Positions 52,001 through 62,811 of a stretch of DNA of 64,000 nucleotides are shown here, piece after piece. A program made the translations under genes and the position numbers. Each line of letters begins with the position of its first letter. Positions within the stretch are counted from its first letter, which is position 1. Source of the DNA: Planctomycetota bacterium (lineage in GTDB: Bacteria; Planctomycetota; JAJSAM01; JAJVHW01); contig CBDFJG010000004.1 in assembly GCA_965248445.1 (NCBI GenBank), positions 480,001-544,000 of the forward strand. The letters are read 5' to 3'. The notes below the pieces were generated by a model. That model worked only from the letters and a program-made list of their open reading frames with translations. It ran no database searches and was not told the DNA's origin.

Positions 52001-52872
52001 ATGTCCGCGTTCGACAGCTCGGAGCAGTCCAAGTCCCGGTCCTCGCAGCCGGTTCGACAGCCCCTCGTCGGAGTCGATGTTCCCCGTGTGGACTTCCAGA
52101 TCGTCGGGGCGATGAAGTGCGGCACCACCACGCTCCGCCGCGCGCTGACGGCTCACCCCGATGTGTATCTGCCGCCCGGCGAGCAGCACTTCTTCGGCAA
52201 CCACCGCCGCTACCTCTCCGCATGGCAGGACGGCGTGCTCGACGCAGAGCGCTTCGAAGAGGTGTACGCCGCCCAGTTCCGGTCCCAAGCCCGGGTGGTG
52301 GGAGGCAAGACGCCCAGCTACATCATGTCGATGGTGTCTCTCGAGCGCATGCAGCGGTTCCACCCGGACACGAAGGTGATCGTGATCTTGCGCTGCCCCA
52401 TCGACCGCGCGCAGTCCCACTGGAACCACTTGGTTCGTAGACGGGCACGCGGCCAGGGTCCGGCCACGCTCGTCGGAGAGAGCTTCGAGGCCCACATCGA
52501 ACGAGATGTCGCGGAGCTGGATCGCGCTCGCGACCCGGCCGTCGAGATGCGCGGCACGAACATCGTCTGGCGCGGCATGTACGCACCGCAACTCCACAAC
52601 GTTCGGCGCTTCTTCCCGGAGGAGCGCACCTTCGTGGGCGTCTTGGAGGATCTCAAGTCCGCACCCGAGACCTTCTTGCAACGGCTGTGCACGTTCCTCG
52701 ACATCGAGTACATGCCCGAACTCGTACGCGCCGCGGCAGACAGCGGGAGCCGCGCGCCAGGGCACACCGAGCAGCTGACCTCGGATGCGCGGACGCGCTT
52801 GCGCGAGGTGTACGCGGACAGCGTCCATGCGCTCGAGCAGATGCTGGGCCGCGATCTCCGCGGTTGGTTGCG

Positions 52873-52876
<4 letters not shown>
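52001..52876 (+). CDS. Sulfotransferase family protein
   Basis: IVGAMKCGTT, KTPSY, ILRCPIDRAQSHW. Confidence 0.9.
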
Positions 52877-54329
<1,453 letters not shown>

Positions 54330-54336
<7 letters not shown>

Positions 54337-54587
54337 CGCGCAAGCCCGACGAACACCCGAACGACCCGCTCTTCGGCATCACGCTCAAGGTCATGCTGGA
54401 GGAACTGGTCAAGCGCCAGGGCTGGGAGCAACTGGCCGAGCAGATCAACATCCGCTGCTTCTACTCCGACCCCAGCATCTCCTCGAGTCTCAAGTTCCTG
54501 CGCCGGACACCCTGGGCGCGCAAGAAGGTGGAGCAGGTCTACCTCGCCGACCTGTGGGCACGGAAGCGACGCGAGCGCCGCGAGTGA
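54330..54587 (+). CDS. VF530 (DUF2132) family protein
   Basis: [33 protein letters not shown]. Confidence 0.9.
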
Positions 54588-54680
54588 CGCGGACGCCAGA
54601 GACGCCTCGCGGGTGCGGCATCCACACATCTTGGGGAACAGCGCACGAAAGGGAACTGACGCCGATTCGGTGGCGTGTGA

Positions 54681-55031
54681 TCAGAGAGTCGGTCTCCGTG
54701 TGCGTCGCGCGAACTGTCGGCCTGCGAGCAGGAGCAGGAGCGGGAAAACGACGACCACTCCCAGGTTGAACTCGGTCGCACGCTCGAACTCCCCGTGCAA
54801 GCACCAGCTCACGGCGCGCGTGATGCCGCAGCCAGGGCACTCCCTGCCGCTCAGCGCAAGGACGGGGCAGAGATCCGGACCGGACTCCACGAGGTGGACC
54901 GGCGACACGGCAAGCACGCCCAGCCCCGCGGCGATCCCCCACCGTCCACCGAGCAGCCACAACGCATCCGCCCATCGACGGACACCGCCCGTCTCTGGTT
55001 GCACCGCTCCGGCACGACCGGTTGATCCCAT
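54681..55031 (-). CDS. DUF2752 membrane protein
   Basis: LCP...GRECPGCGITRA...N; start uncertain. Confidence 0.8.
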   Translation of the reverse strand: MGSTGRAGAVQPETGGVRRWADALWLLGGRWGIAAGLGVLAVSPVHLVESGPDLCPVLALSGRECPGCGITRAVSWCLHGEFERATEFNLGVVVVFPLLLLLAGRQFARRTRRPTL

Positions 55032-55048
55032 TCGACGCACGTGCGCCT

Positions 55049-55279
55049 TCAGGTGACCCTGAGAGTCCGGCCGTGGATGTCCCGGTAGGTGCCGTTGGCG
55101 ATCGCCACCAGGTCGACGATCGTCCCGATGAGGCAGAGCCCGCCGGTGAACAGATAGACGACTCCGAGCAGTATGTGCCCGGAGAGGAAGCGGTGGATCC
55201 CCGCTGCGGCAACGAATCCCACACAGCAGAGGATCAGCATCGTCGTGCGGTCCATCGGAGGGCTCAAGGGCTCGGACAT
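55049..55279 (-). CDS. TM2 domain protein
   Basis: GIHRF...GVVYLFTGGLCLIGTIVDL. Confidence 0.88.
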   Translation of the reverse strand: MSEPLSPPMDRTTMLILCCVGFVAAAGIHRFLSGHILLGVVYLFTGGLCLIGTIVDLVAIANGTYRDIHGRTLRVT

Positions 55280-55465
55280 GACAGTCGGCTCCGGATGTGA
55301 GTGAAATGCTCCGCGTCACGCGTGTGGAGACGTAGGAGGAATGCTATCCATCGCGTCGCGCGCCTGGAACTGCGCTGTTCGCGACGGCCGCGGTGACGCT
55401 GCCGGCCGCTCGCGGCCGCGGCCAACCCGAGCGTCCCGGCAACGCGCGCTCGGCGTCCCCTCCGC

Positions 55466-55713
55466 AAGGCAAACATGAGGCACGCAACGCGAGACCGCGG
55501 TCTCATCATCGCGGCGCAACGACTGCCGTAAACCACCACCCCGACTGCATCTCCGGTTCGAGGTCGACCCCCAGCCCATCCGCGATTCTATTGATGTAGT
55601 TGGTGCGCCGCGAGCCACACTGCATCCAACACGATCCAACGCGCTCCAGCCTGGACCCCTCCGCAGCCGACTCCATGTGCGTTTCCTTAAGGCACACGTA
55701 GGGCACACACGGC
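55466..55713 (-). repeat. att-like site 1: arm + gene 3' fragment + arm
   Basis: Arm-like 55686-55713; NYINRIADGLGVDLEPEM coding segment 55548-55601; degenerate arm 55466-55486. Confidence 0.75.
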
Positions 55714-55886
55714 GTTAGCGCAGATAGGGCGTTGCGCGCCCCGCTCCGGAGCGTTCACTGAGTGCGCATGGCGTCGAATCGTACCGACGGTGACGAGCCT
55801 TGCGCACTCGGAGGTCTAGCCGTTGATCCGCGGCATCCGGGAGCGGATACTCGCGCTTGAGGTTTCCGTGCGAAAGGGGAATGCAC

Positions 55887-56978
55887 ATGACGATGCGAAC
55901 AACCGTGACCGCCGCCTTGGTGGTGCTTCTGACGGCACCGGCGCTGGCCGACACGATCCGCGTGCCGGGCGACCACGCCACGATTCAGGCGGCCGTGGAT
56001 GCCGCCGGCAACGGCGACGAGATCCAGATCAGGGGCGGCACGTACGCGGAGGCCATCGTCGTGATGGACACGGCCGACCTCACGATCATCGGCAAGCGCG
56101 GCGCGACCATCGAACCGCCTGGCAGCGACGAAGGGATCACCGCGCAGAACTGCGTCGGTCTCGTCATCAAGGGACTGCGGTTCGAGGGCGGAGGACGCGG
56201 GATCTTGGTGTCGGGGTGCGACAACGCGCGCATCGAGAAGTGCCGATCGAGCGACAACCAGAACGGGGGGTTCGAGATCCGAGCCTCGCAGAACGTGACC
56301 GTCACGAAGTGCAGGGTCGAGGGGGGCCAGGGCGAGGGAATCAAGTTCGGTGACGGCAACCCGGACCAACAGGTCACTGGCGGTGAGGTCTCGAAGTGCC
56401 GCGTGCGCGACGTCAGCGGGGATGGATTCCGCATCAATGCCAACGGTTCCACGATCTCGAAGTGCAGGTGCGACGGTGCCGAGAGCGGATTCGATGTCGA
56501 GGATGCGAGCCAGGGAGTCACGGTCGAGAAGTGCCGCTCGTTCGACGTGTCCGACGAGGCGTTCAAGACCAACGCCCCCGGGACCAACTTCGTCAAGTGC
56601 CTCGCGAAAGACGCCGACGAGGAGGGCTACGACGTCGAGGCCGACATGTGCGAAGTCGAGAAGTGCAAGGCGATCGACTGTCGCCGCGGAATAGAGTTCG
56701 AGGGAGTGACGAGCGGCATGGCCGCGAACTGCAAGCTGATCAAGTGCCGGGAGGTCGGCGTCGCCCTGTTCGGAGCAACCGGGGTCACGGTCGAGGGCTG
56801 CCTCTCGAAGAAGGCCGGTGACTTCGGGTTCCACGTGCGCGACGACTCGAACACCAACACCCTTACGAAGAACAAGGGCGTCAAGAACGGCGAGGCGGAT
56901 CTGCGAGACGAGAACGGCGAAGGATCGAACACGTACACGGACAACAAGTTCAAGGTCGAGGACTTCTCGAGTCCCTAA
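55887..56978 (+). CDS. Secreted right-handed parallel beta-helix protein
   Basis: Signal peptide; IRVPGDHATIQAAVDAA; periodic ..KC.. repeats. Confidence 0.88.
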   Translation: MTMRTTVTAALVVLLTAPALADTIRVPGDHATIQAAVDAAGNGDEIQIRGGTYAEAIVVMDTADLTIIGKRGATIEPPGSDEGITAQNCVGLVIKGLRFEGGGRGILVSGCDNARIEKCRSSDNQNGGFEIRASQNVTVTKCRVEGGQGEGIKFGDGNPDQQVTGGEVSKCRVRDVSGDGFRINANGSTISKCRCDGAESGFDVEDASQGVTVEKCRSFDVSDEAFKTNAPGTNFVKCLAKDADEEGYDVEADMCEVEKCKAIDCRRGIEFEGVTSGMAANCKLIKCREVGVALFGATGVTVEGCLSKKAGDFGFHVRDDSNTNTLTKNKGVKNGEADLRDENGEGSNTYTDNKFKVEDFSSP

Positions 56979-57054
56979 CAAGGGCGAGTGAGCTCCGGGC
57001 GCTCCTCCGGGTCGCTACTCAGCGCGGCTCGTCCCCCTCACGAGAGGAGCCTCC

Positions 57055-57296
57055 ATGCCCCGTTCCCACGGCAGACCTGCTGCGAACCGCCATCGGCGCG
57101 CGAGCAGCGCAACGACTGACCCGCAGGGACATCTCCTTGCGCGATCTCGGCCGCTGCAGCGTCGCGGAACTGACAAGCACGTACGGCCTCAGTGAGCGGG
57201 CCGCCGAGAGGGCAGTCGCCGTCTGCGAGCTCGCCCGCCGACACGCTCAGGAACCGCTTCGACGGGGAATGCCATTCCGGTCAAGCGGCGACGTCT
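57055..57296 (+). pseudogene. radC: RadC N-terminal fragment
   Basis: RBS and ATG, frameshift in a C run, then SLRDLGRCSVAEL...GLSERAAERAVAVCELARR...FRSSGDV; truncated before the JAB domain. Confidence 0.65.
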
Positions 57297-57318
57297 CCGG
57301 GCGGCCCGTCGAGACTAA

Positions 57319-57499
57319 CTACTGGTCCTGCAACATCTCCGGCTCGAGGTCGACGCCCAATCCGTCGGCGATGCGGTTGATGTAGTTGGTGCGCCCCGAG
57401 CCCCACTGCATCCCACACGACCCAACACCAGCGAGCCTGGCCCCCACTGGAGCCAACGCGAAGTGCGTTCTCTTAAGGCACACATAGGGCACACACGGC
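57319..57499 (-). repeat. att-like site 2: arm + gene 3' fragment
   Basis: 57334-57499 aligns without length difference to 55548-55713; arm at 57472-57499. Confidence 0.8.
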
Positions 57500-57635
57500 C
57501 GCGGCATCGACGCGGCGGATGGAGCAGGCCGCGACTCGCCCGGGGGACGGCCCACGTGCTTTGCGGCGGCGGGGTGACGCGGAGGGGCGGACGCGATTGG
57601 AGTGCGCCGCGCGGCGGCTGTCGGCGGGCGACGGG

Positions 57636-57727
57636 CGTACGGGGTCAGGACAAGGTCGGGAGCGTTCGTGGCGGTACCGCTCCGCACTCGGCGGTCCGAA
57701 CCCCCGAACTCTGTCCTGACTCCGTAC
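57636..57727. repeat. REPIN/MITE-like imperfect inverted repeat
   Basis: CGTACGGGGTCAGGACA...TGTCCTGACTCCGTACG, with an internal GCGGTACCGC palindrome. Confidence 0.65.
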
Positions 57728-58099
57728 GACCGGACCGCGCAACGGCTACATCTTGCCCCCGGGTCCTCGTCGACGTTCACGCACCTAACTCCCCCCCTCG
57801 TTGCCGCCTCCATCGAGACGCCTCATCTCTTGTTCTTGCCGCCCTTCCGGTTGCCGAAGTTGACGGCCGATGCCCATGGATGGCGTCAACGTCACCGTTG
57901 CGATCGACGGGATCGGCGAGGCCACGCCCGTCAACGTAGAGCTACGGCGCGCCGGTGTACCCTGGGCGCCGAAGGCCAACGCCGACACGGAAAGGGCAGC
58001 CTGATGCGGACGACTCAATCTTCAGAAGTCCGTATTCACACCGCCCGGAGGCGTTCTCGCGGCGGGATCGTACCCTCAGGGGGGGGATAGACTCCCCCC

Positions 58100-59224
58100 A
58101 TGAGTCAGCGTCCGCCCGCCCCCGAGTTCTCATCCGCCGGCGTGCTCGGGCTCGGGACGGCGTTGCCGGCGTTCCTGGTCGACCAGAGCGCGGCGGCGCG
58201 AGCCGTGGGGCGCCTGACAGGGCGACCGCGTCGTGTCGCCCGCACGTTCGCGCTGGCCGGCGTCGCCACCCGCTACGCCTGTGTCGCCGACTTCGACCCT
58301 GATCGGCCGGGGCCGCTCGCGCGCCTCCCGGCGCCCTCCACCGCCGAGCGCATGACGATCTTCGCGCGCGAAGCGCCCCTCCTCGCGGCTGTTGCCGCGC
58401 GGAGGGCCCTTGACTCCGCGGGACTGTCCGGCGACGCCATCGGGCACCTCGTCGTCGTCACCTGCACCGGCTTCTCCGCACCCGGCGTCGACCTCGCGCT
58501 GGTCGATGCGCTCGGGCTGCCGCCGGATGTGGACCGCACCGTGGTCGGATTCATGGGCTGCCACGGTGCGTTCAACGGGCTCCGCGCCGCGCGGGGTGCG
58601 GTAGCCGCCACAGGCCGCGCAGCCCTCGTCGTCTGCGTCGAGCTCGGAAGCCTGCACGTGCAGCCGGCATCGTCGCGCGAGGCGCTCGTGTCCGCGTCGT
58701 TGTTCGGCGACGGGGCGGCAGCGGTCGTCGTGGGAGCCGACGCCGGTCGCGGCGCCCTGCTGCGGCTGACGGGCGGAGCGAGCCACCTGGCCGAGGGCAC
58801 GCGCGACGCGATGTCCTGGTCGATCGGCCCGAACGGATTCGTCATGTCGCTCGCTCCCACGCTGCCGGCCGCCGTGGCGAGCGCCGTGCGTCTGCTCGCC
58901 GACCGGCTCGGTATCGACGGCGTCGATCCGGCCGGGCTCTGCGTGCACCCCGGCGGCCCAGCCGTCCTGGATCGCGTCGAGGATGCGCTCGGTCTGCAAC
59001 CCGGCGCGCTCGACGTGTCGCGCGACGCGCTGCGGGAGCACGGCAACCTCTCCAGCGCCACGATCCTGTTCGTGCTCGCCCGCGTGCTGCCGGAGCTCAC
59101 CGCAGGTGCCCCCGGGCTCCTTCTCGGCTTCGGTCCCGGGCTGACCGTCGAAGGGTTGGGATTCGTACGGGGCACGCGTCCGTTCGTCCACCGGCGCGTC
59201 GCGATCCCCGTTGCGATCGGATGA
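58100..59224 (+). CDS. Type III polyketide synthase
   Basis: TCTG, FMGCHG (Cys), LFGDGAAA, HPGG (His), GNLSS (Asn), FGPG. Confidence 0.95.
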   Translation: MSQRPPAPEFSSAGVLGLGTALPAFLVDQSAAARAVGRLTGRPRRVARTFALAGVATRYACVADFDPDRPGPLARLPAPSTAERMTIFAREAPLLAAVAARRALDSAGLSGDAIGHLVVVTCTGFSAPGVDLALVDALGLPPDVDRTVVGFMGCHGAFNGLRAARGAVAATGRAALVVCVELGSLHVQPASSREALVSASLFGDGAAAVVVGADAGRGALLRLTGGASHLAEGTRDAMSWSIGPNGFVMSLAPTLPAAVASAVRLLADRLGIDGVDPAGLCVHPGGPAVLDRVEDALGLQPGALDVSRDALREHGNLSSATILFVLARVLPELTAGAPGLLLGFGPGLTVEGLGFVRGTRPFVHRRVAIPVAIG

Positions 59225-59949
59225 TCGCGCGCCTGCTGCCGCCCCCGCTCGCTACGCGAAGCGCGGGGCCCGAGCTCATGGACGACCTCGACGGCATCGG
59301 GGGCGCGGAACTCGCGGTTACCCTCCGCGAGCTGGAGCAGATCAACCGCTGGCTCGGCGGGCACGGCACCACGCGCCGCGCGCTCGATCTCCTTGCCGCG
59401 CGCGTGGACCTCGACACACGACGCCCTCTCCGCGCACTCGACGTCGGTGGCGGGTCGGGCGACGCGGTTCCCGTGATCATCGACTGGGCTACTCGACGGG
59501 GTCTCTCGCTCGAGGTCGTCACCGTCGACCTGCATCCGGAGACGACGCGTGCCGCCGCGGAGAGACTTGCCAACGTCGCCGTGGCGCGGGCCATCTGCGG
59601 CGACGCGTTCGCGTACGAAGACGCCTCATTCGACATTGTGCATGCTTCCCTGTTCCTGCACCACTTCGACGGCGACGACGCGGCACGCGCACTCTCGGAG
59701 ATGCGCCGCATCGCGCGACTCGGCGTCGTCCTGAACGACCTGCGGCGCGAGGCGCTTCCGTGGCTGCTGGTGCGGGCGCTCACGGCGGGCTTCTCGCAGA
59801 ACCGGCTCATCCGCGCGGATGCGCCGCACTCCGTCGCGCGCGGATTCCGTCGCGCGGACTGGGACGCCCTCGGCCCCGCCGCGGGGCTCGAGTTGACGCT
59901 GCAACGGACGTGGGCGTTCCGCTGGGCAATCGCGGGTGTGTGCACATGA
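59221..59949 (+). CDS. SAM-dependent methyltransferase
   Basis: ELMDD, INRWLGG, LDVGGGSGD, SLFLHHF, NDLRR. Confidence 0.9.
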   Translation: MIARLLPPPLATRSAGPELMDDLDGIGGAELAVTLRELEQINRWLGGHGTTRRALDLLAARVDLDTRRPLRALDVGGGSGDAVPVIIDWATRRGLSLEVVTVDLHPETTRAAAERLANVAVARAICGDAFAYEDASFDIVHASLFLHHFDGDDAARALSEMRRIARLGVVLNDLRREALPWLLVRALTAGFSQNRLIRADAPHSVARGFRRADWDALGPAAGLELTLQRTWAFRWAIAGVCT

Positions 59950-61115
59950 GCACGCAGCGGGCTCCACGCGTGGTCGTGATCGGCGGCGGGCCGGGCGGCT
60001 TGTCGGCGGCGACGACACTCGCGCGCGGCGGCGCGGACGTCACGGTCCTTGAGGCCGGGAACTTCCCGCGACACCGCGTGTGCGGTGAGTTCCTCTCTCC
60101 CGAAGCGCTTCCGCTGCTACGCGATCTCGGCGTCGCCGCAGATGTCCTCGCACCCGCGCCGGTGCTGTCGCATGTGCGAGTGTCCGTCGCGCGCGACGGA
60201 CGAGAGAGCGCACGTCTCGAGGCGGCGCTCCCGGTCGCCGGACGTGGCGTGTCGCGACACGAGCTCGACGCCGCGCTCGCGGCCGCGGCGCGACGCGCGG
60301 GTGCTGTGGTGCGCGAAGGCTCGCGCGTCCACGCGATCGAGGCGGTGGGCCCGTTGCTCCACGTGCACGCCGCACGAGGTGACATCGAGGCCGAGGCCGC
60401 GGTGCTCGCGACAGGGAGGCTCCGACGCCCCCCGGGCGCGCGCACACCCCGTAACGCGAACGCGCTCCGTCACCTGGGCGTGAAGGTCCACGTGCGGGGA
60501 CTCGCGCTCGGCGACGGGACGCAGCTGCACTTCGTGGAGGGAGCCTACGTGGGCCTGAACGACGTCGTCTCCGGCGGAGAGCGGTTGACGAACGTGTGCG
60601 CACTCTTGACGCACCGCGCCCTCGCGGAAGCGCCGCGCGACCCGCTCGCGGTGCTTGAGTGGCTGGCGGCAGCGAGCCCGGGCTTCGCACGCCACTGGCG
60701 CGCGGCGCGCGTGGACGCAACGACTCTTGCCACGGCCGCACACTTCGGATTCGACGCACGCGGAGCGGTCTCGCGGATCGGCGACGCGCCCGTCGTCGCG
60801 GTCGGTGACGCCGCCGTCGCCGTCACGCCGTTGATCGGCGACGGGCAGGCCGCCGCGCTGGCCAACGGACGCGACGCGGCGCAGGCGCTGTTGGCCGGCA
60901 CGGAAGAGGCTCCGACCGTCGCCTACCGCCGTCGTCATGCGCTCTCCATGGGTCTGCGGCTGCGGGCCGGGCGCGCGCTCCAGAGCGTTCTGGTGCGACC
61001 CCGGGCTGCCGGCCTGCTGGTCGGGACCGCAGCGCGCCTGACACCGTTGGTGCGGTCGCTCTTCGTGGTGACGCGCGGACCGCTTCCGCTCCCCGTAGCT
61101 CCAAACGCTCGGTAG
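59946..61115 (+). CDS. FAD-dependent oxidoreductase
   Basis: VIGGGPGG, FPRHRVCGEFLS, ATGR, VGDAA...PLIGDG. Confidence 0.9.
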   Translation: MSTQRAPRVVVIGGGPGGLSAATTLARGGADVTVLEAGNFPRHRVCGEFLSPEALPLLRDLGVAADVLAPAPVLSHVRVSVARDGRESARLEAALPVAGRGVSRHELDAALAAAARRAGAVVREGSRVHAIEAVGPLLHVHAARGDIEAEAAVLATGRLRRPPGARTPRNANALRHLGVKVHVRGLALGDGTQLHFVEGAYVGLNDVVSGGERLTNVCALLTHRALAEAPRDPLAVLEWLAAASPGFARHWRAARVDATTLATAAHFGFDARGAVSRIGDAPVVAVGDAAVAVTPLIGDGQAAALANGRDAAQALLAGTEEAPTVAYRRRHALSMGLRLRAGRALQSVLVRPRAAGLLVGTAARLTPLVRSLFVVTRGPLPLPVAPNAR

Positions 61116-61233
61116 TACCCCTGGCCGCGCGGCGTCCCTGGCAGCCGGACGACACACACCGCGTCGGCGGCATTCGGGCGTTGTGCTGCGTTCGCGAGCC
61201 TCGCTACGGTGCGTCCGAGAGAGGTACACGCAC

Positions 61234-61443
61234 ATGAGCGATCAGCCGGACGAGCACACAGAGGACCCCGCCGGCGACGACGCGCCCACGAGCCCGCCGC
61301 ACCGCCACGAGGCCGAGACGGTCATGGGGTCGATCCGCGCGCTGCATGGCGCGGACGCCGGGATGCGGATCGATCTCGAGGGCGCGGACGAAGCCGGCGT
61401 CAGTCCGCAGCGCGAGGCGCCGACAGGCGAGCGCTATGCCTAG
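61234..61443 (+). CDS. Short acidic ORF, possibly a truncated gene
   Basis: GAGG RBS; ends GERYA* about 80 bp before the repeat. Confidence 0.35.
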   Translation: MSDQPDEHTEDPAGDDAPTSPPHRHEAETVMGSIRALHGADAGMRIDLEGADEAGVSPQREAPTGERYA

Positions 61444-61523
61444 GAAGCGACTCTCCTGCACGGCGAACGCAACCTGCCCACCGTTCTGCGCGACTCCTGA
61501 ACGACAGAGTTCGCCGTACATCA

Positions 61524-61699
61524 TCCGTCGCGTTCAGGCTGCGCCGCGCGTGCCTCGCTCCGTAAGGCACACATAGGGCACACAAGACGGGTCTCGAGTC
61601 GCACTGCCCGGAGCCGGCCGAGGACGTAACTCGTTACTCCGCCTTCATCTCCGGCTCGAGGTCGACTCCGAGTCCGTCCGCTATTCTGTTAATGTACTC
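61524..61699 (-). repeat. att-like site 3: gene 3' fragment + arm
   Basis: YINRIADGLGVDLEPEMKAE* at 61634-61696; arm at 61564-61584. Confidence 0.8.
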
Positions 61700-61791
61700 C
61701 GCTCCCGAGATGATGGCCCTCCTCGGCGTGCGCGACTTCGTGGCTGGACAAGGTCATGAATCTCGATCGCTTCGACCTTGCCTGATCCAGG

Positions 61792-62322
61792 CTACTCCGC
61801 GAGCGCGGCGAGGATCGCCTTGAGGAAGTTCGGCAGATCGTCCGGGACGCGCGCCGTGATGATCGGCCCGTCCACGGTGCACGACTGATCCGGCACGTAG
61901 ATGCCGCCCGCGTTGATCACGTCGTCCTTGACCGCGAAGTAACACCCGACGCGTCGACCGCGGATGCTCTCGGGCACGCTGCACAGCATCCACGGGCCGT
62001 GGCAGATCGCCGCGAGCACGCGGCCGGCCGCGTGCGCGTCGCGGACGAGCTGGATCATCTCCGGGCAACGGCGCATGTGGTCGGGCGCGTAGCCGCCCGG
62101 GATGACCACACAGTCGTAGTCCGCCCCGCTCACCTCCGCGGCCGCGTGCGTGCTCTTGGCCGGGTAGCCCTTCTTGCTCTCGTATGTCTCGCCGACCGCA
62201 GGGCCGACCACGTGCACCTCCGCACCCGCTTCGATGAGGCGTAGGCGCGGGTAGTGGAGCTCCAGGTCCTCGTAGAACCTCTCGACGAGGATGGCGACCT
62301 TCTTGCCCTCGAGATTGCTCAT
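61792..62322 (-). CDS. PfpI/DJ-1 family protein
   Basis: YEDLELHYP, IPGGYAPD, AICHGPW, ARVPDDLP. Confidence 0.93.
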   Translation of the reverse strand: MSNLEGKKVAILVERFYEDLELHYPRLRLIEAGAEVHVVGPAVGETYESKKGYPAKSTHAAAEVSGADYDCVVIPGGYAPDHMRRCPEMIQLVRDAHAAGRVLAAICHGPWMLCSVPESIRGRRVGCYFAVKDDVINAGGIYVPDQSCTVDGPIITARVPDDLPNFLKAILAALAE

Positions 62323-62390
62323 GGGGCCGTCACGGTACCGCAGACCCGGCGCGGTCTGCGTCGCTATCCTGCGTGCGCGGGAGGTGAGCG

Positions 62391-62746
62391 GTGTCGATCC
62401 AGAGCGTGAGTGCCGTGACCTTCGCGGTGTCCGACATGGCGCGCTCGGTGCGCTTCTACGGCAGGCTCGGCCTGACGTTGGCCTACGGAGGAGAACAGGC
62501 GTCCTTCACCAGCTTCCACGCAGGCGAATCGTTCGTGAATCTCATCGAGGCGAAGGATTACGAGGGACGCTGGTGGGGACGGACCATCTTCCGGGTCGAC
62601 GACGCGGATGCGCACTACCGGTTGCAGCTCGAAGCCGGTCTGCGCCCAGACGCGCCCCGCGACGCCCCCTGGGGCGACGCTACTTTCACATCAGCGACCC
62701 CGACGGCCACGAGCTCAGCTTCGCCGAACTGCTGCCCCGCGGCTGA
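62391..62746 (+). pseudogene. VOC/glyoxalase protein with a frameshift near 62676
   Basis: VSDMARSVRFY...PRDAPWG continues as RYFHISDPDGHELSFA in another frame. Confidence 0.8.
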
Positions 62747-62811
62747 CGCGCGCATGGGCAACGAGCCGGGTTCATGCACGAACGCCGCGCTGCGAGCACC
62801 ATACTCGTGGC

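Noticed and set aside
55316..55708. Small ORFs overlapping the att-like repeats as real genes
   Set aside because: Only the 17-18 codon segment is conserved at protein level; the upstream part varies non-synonymously and there is no RBS.
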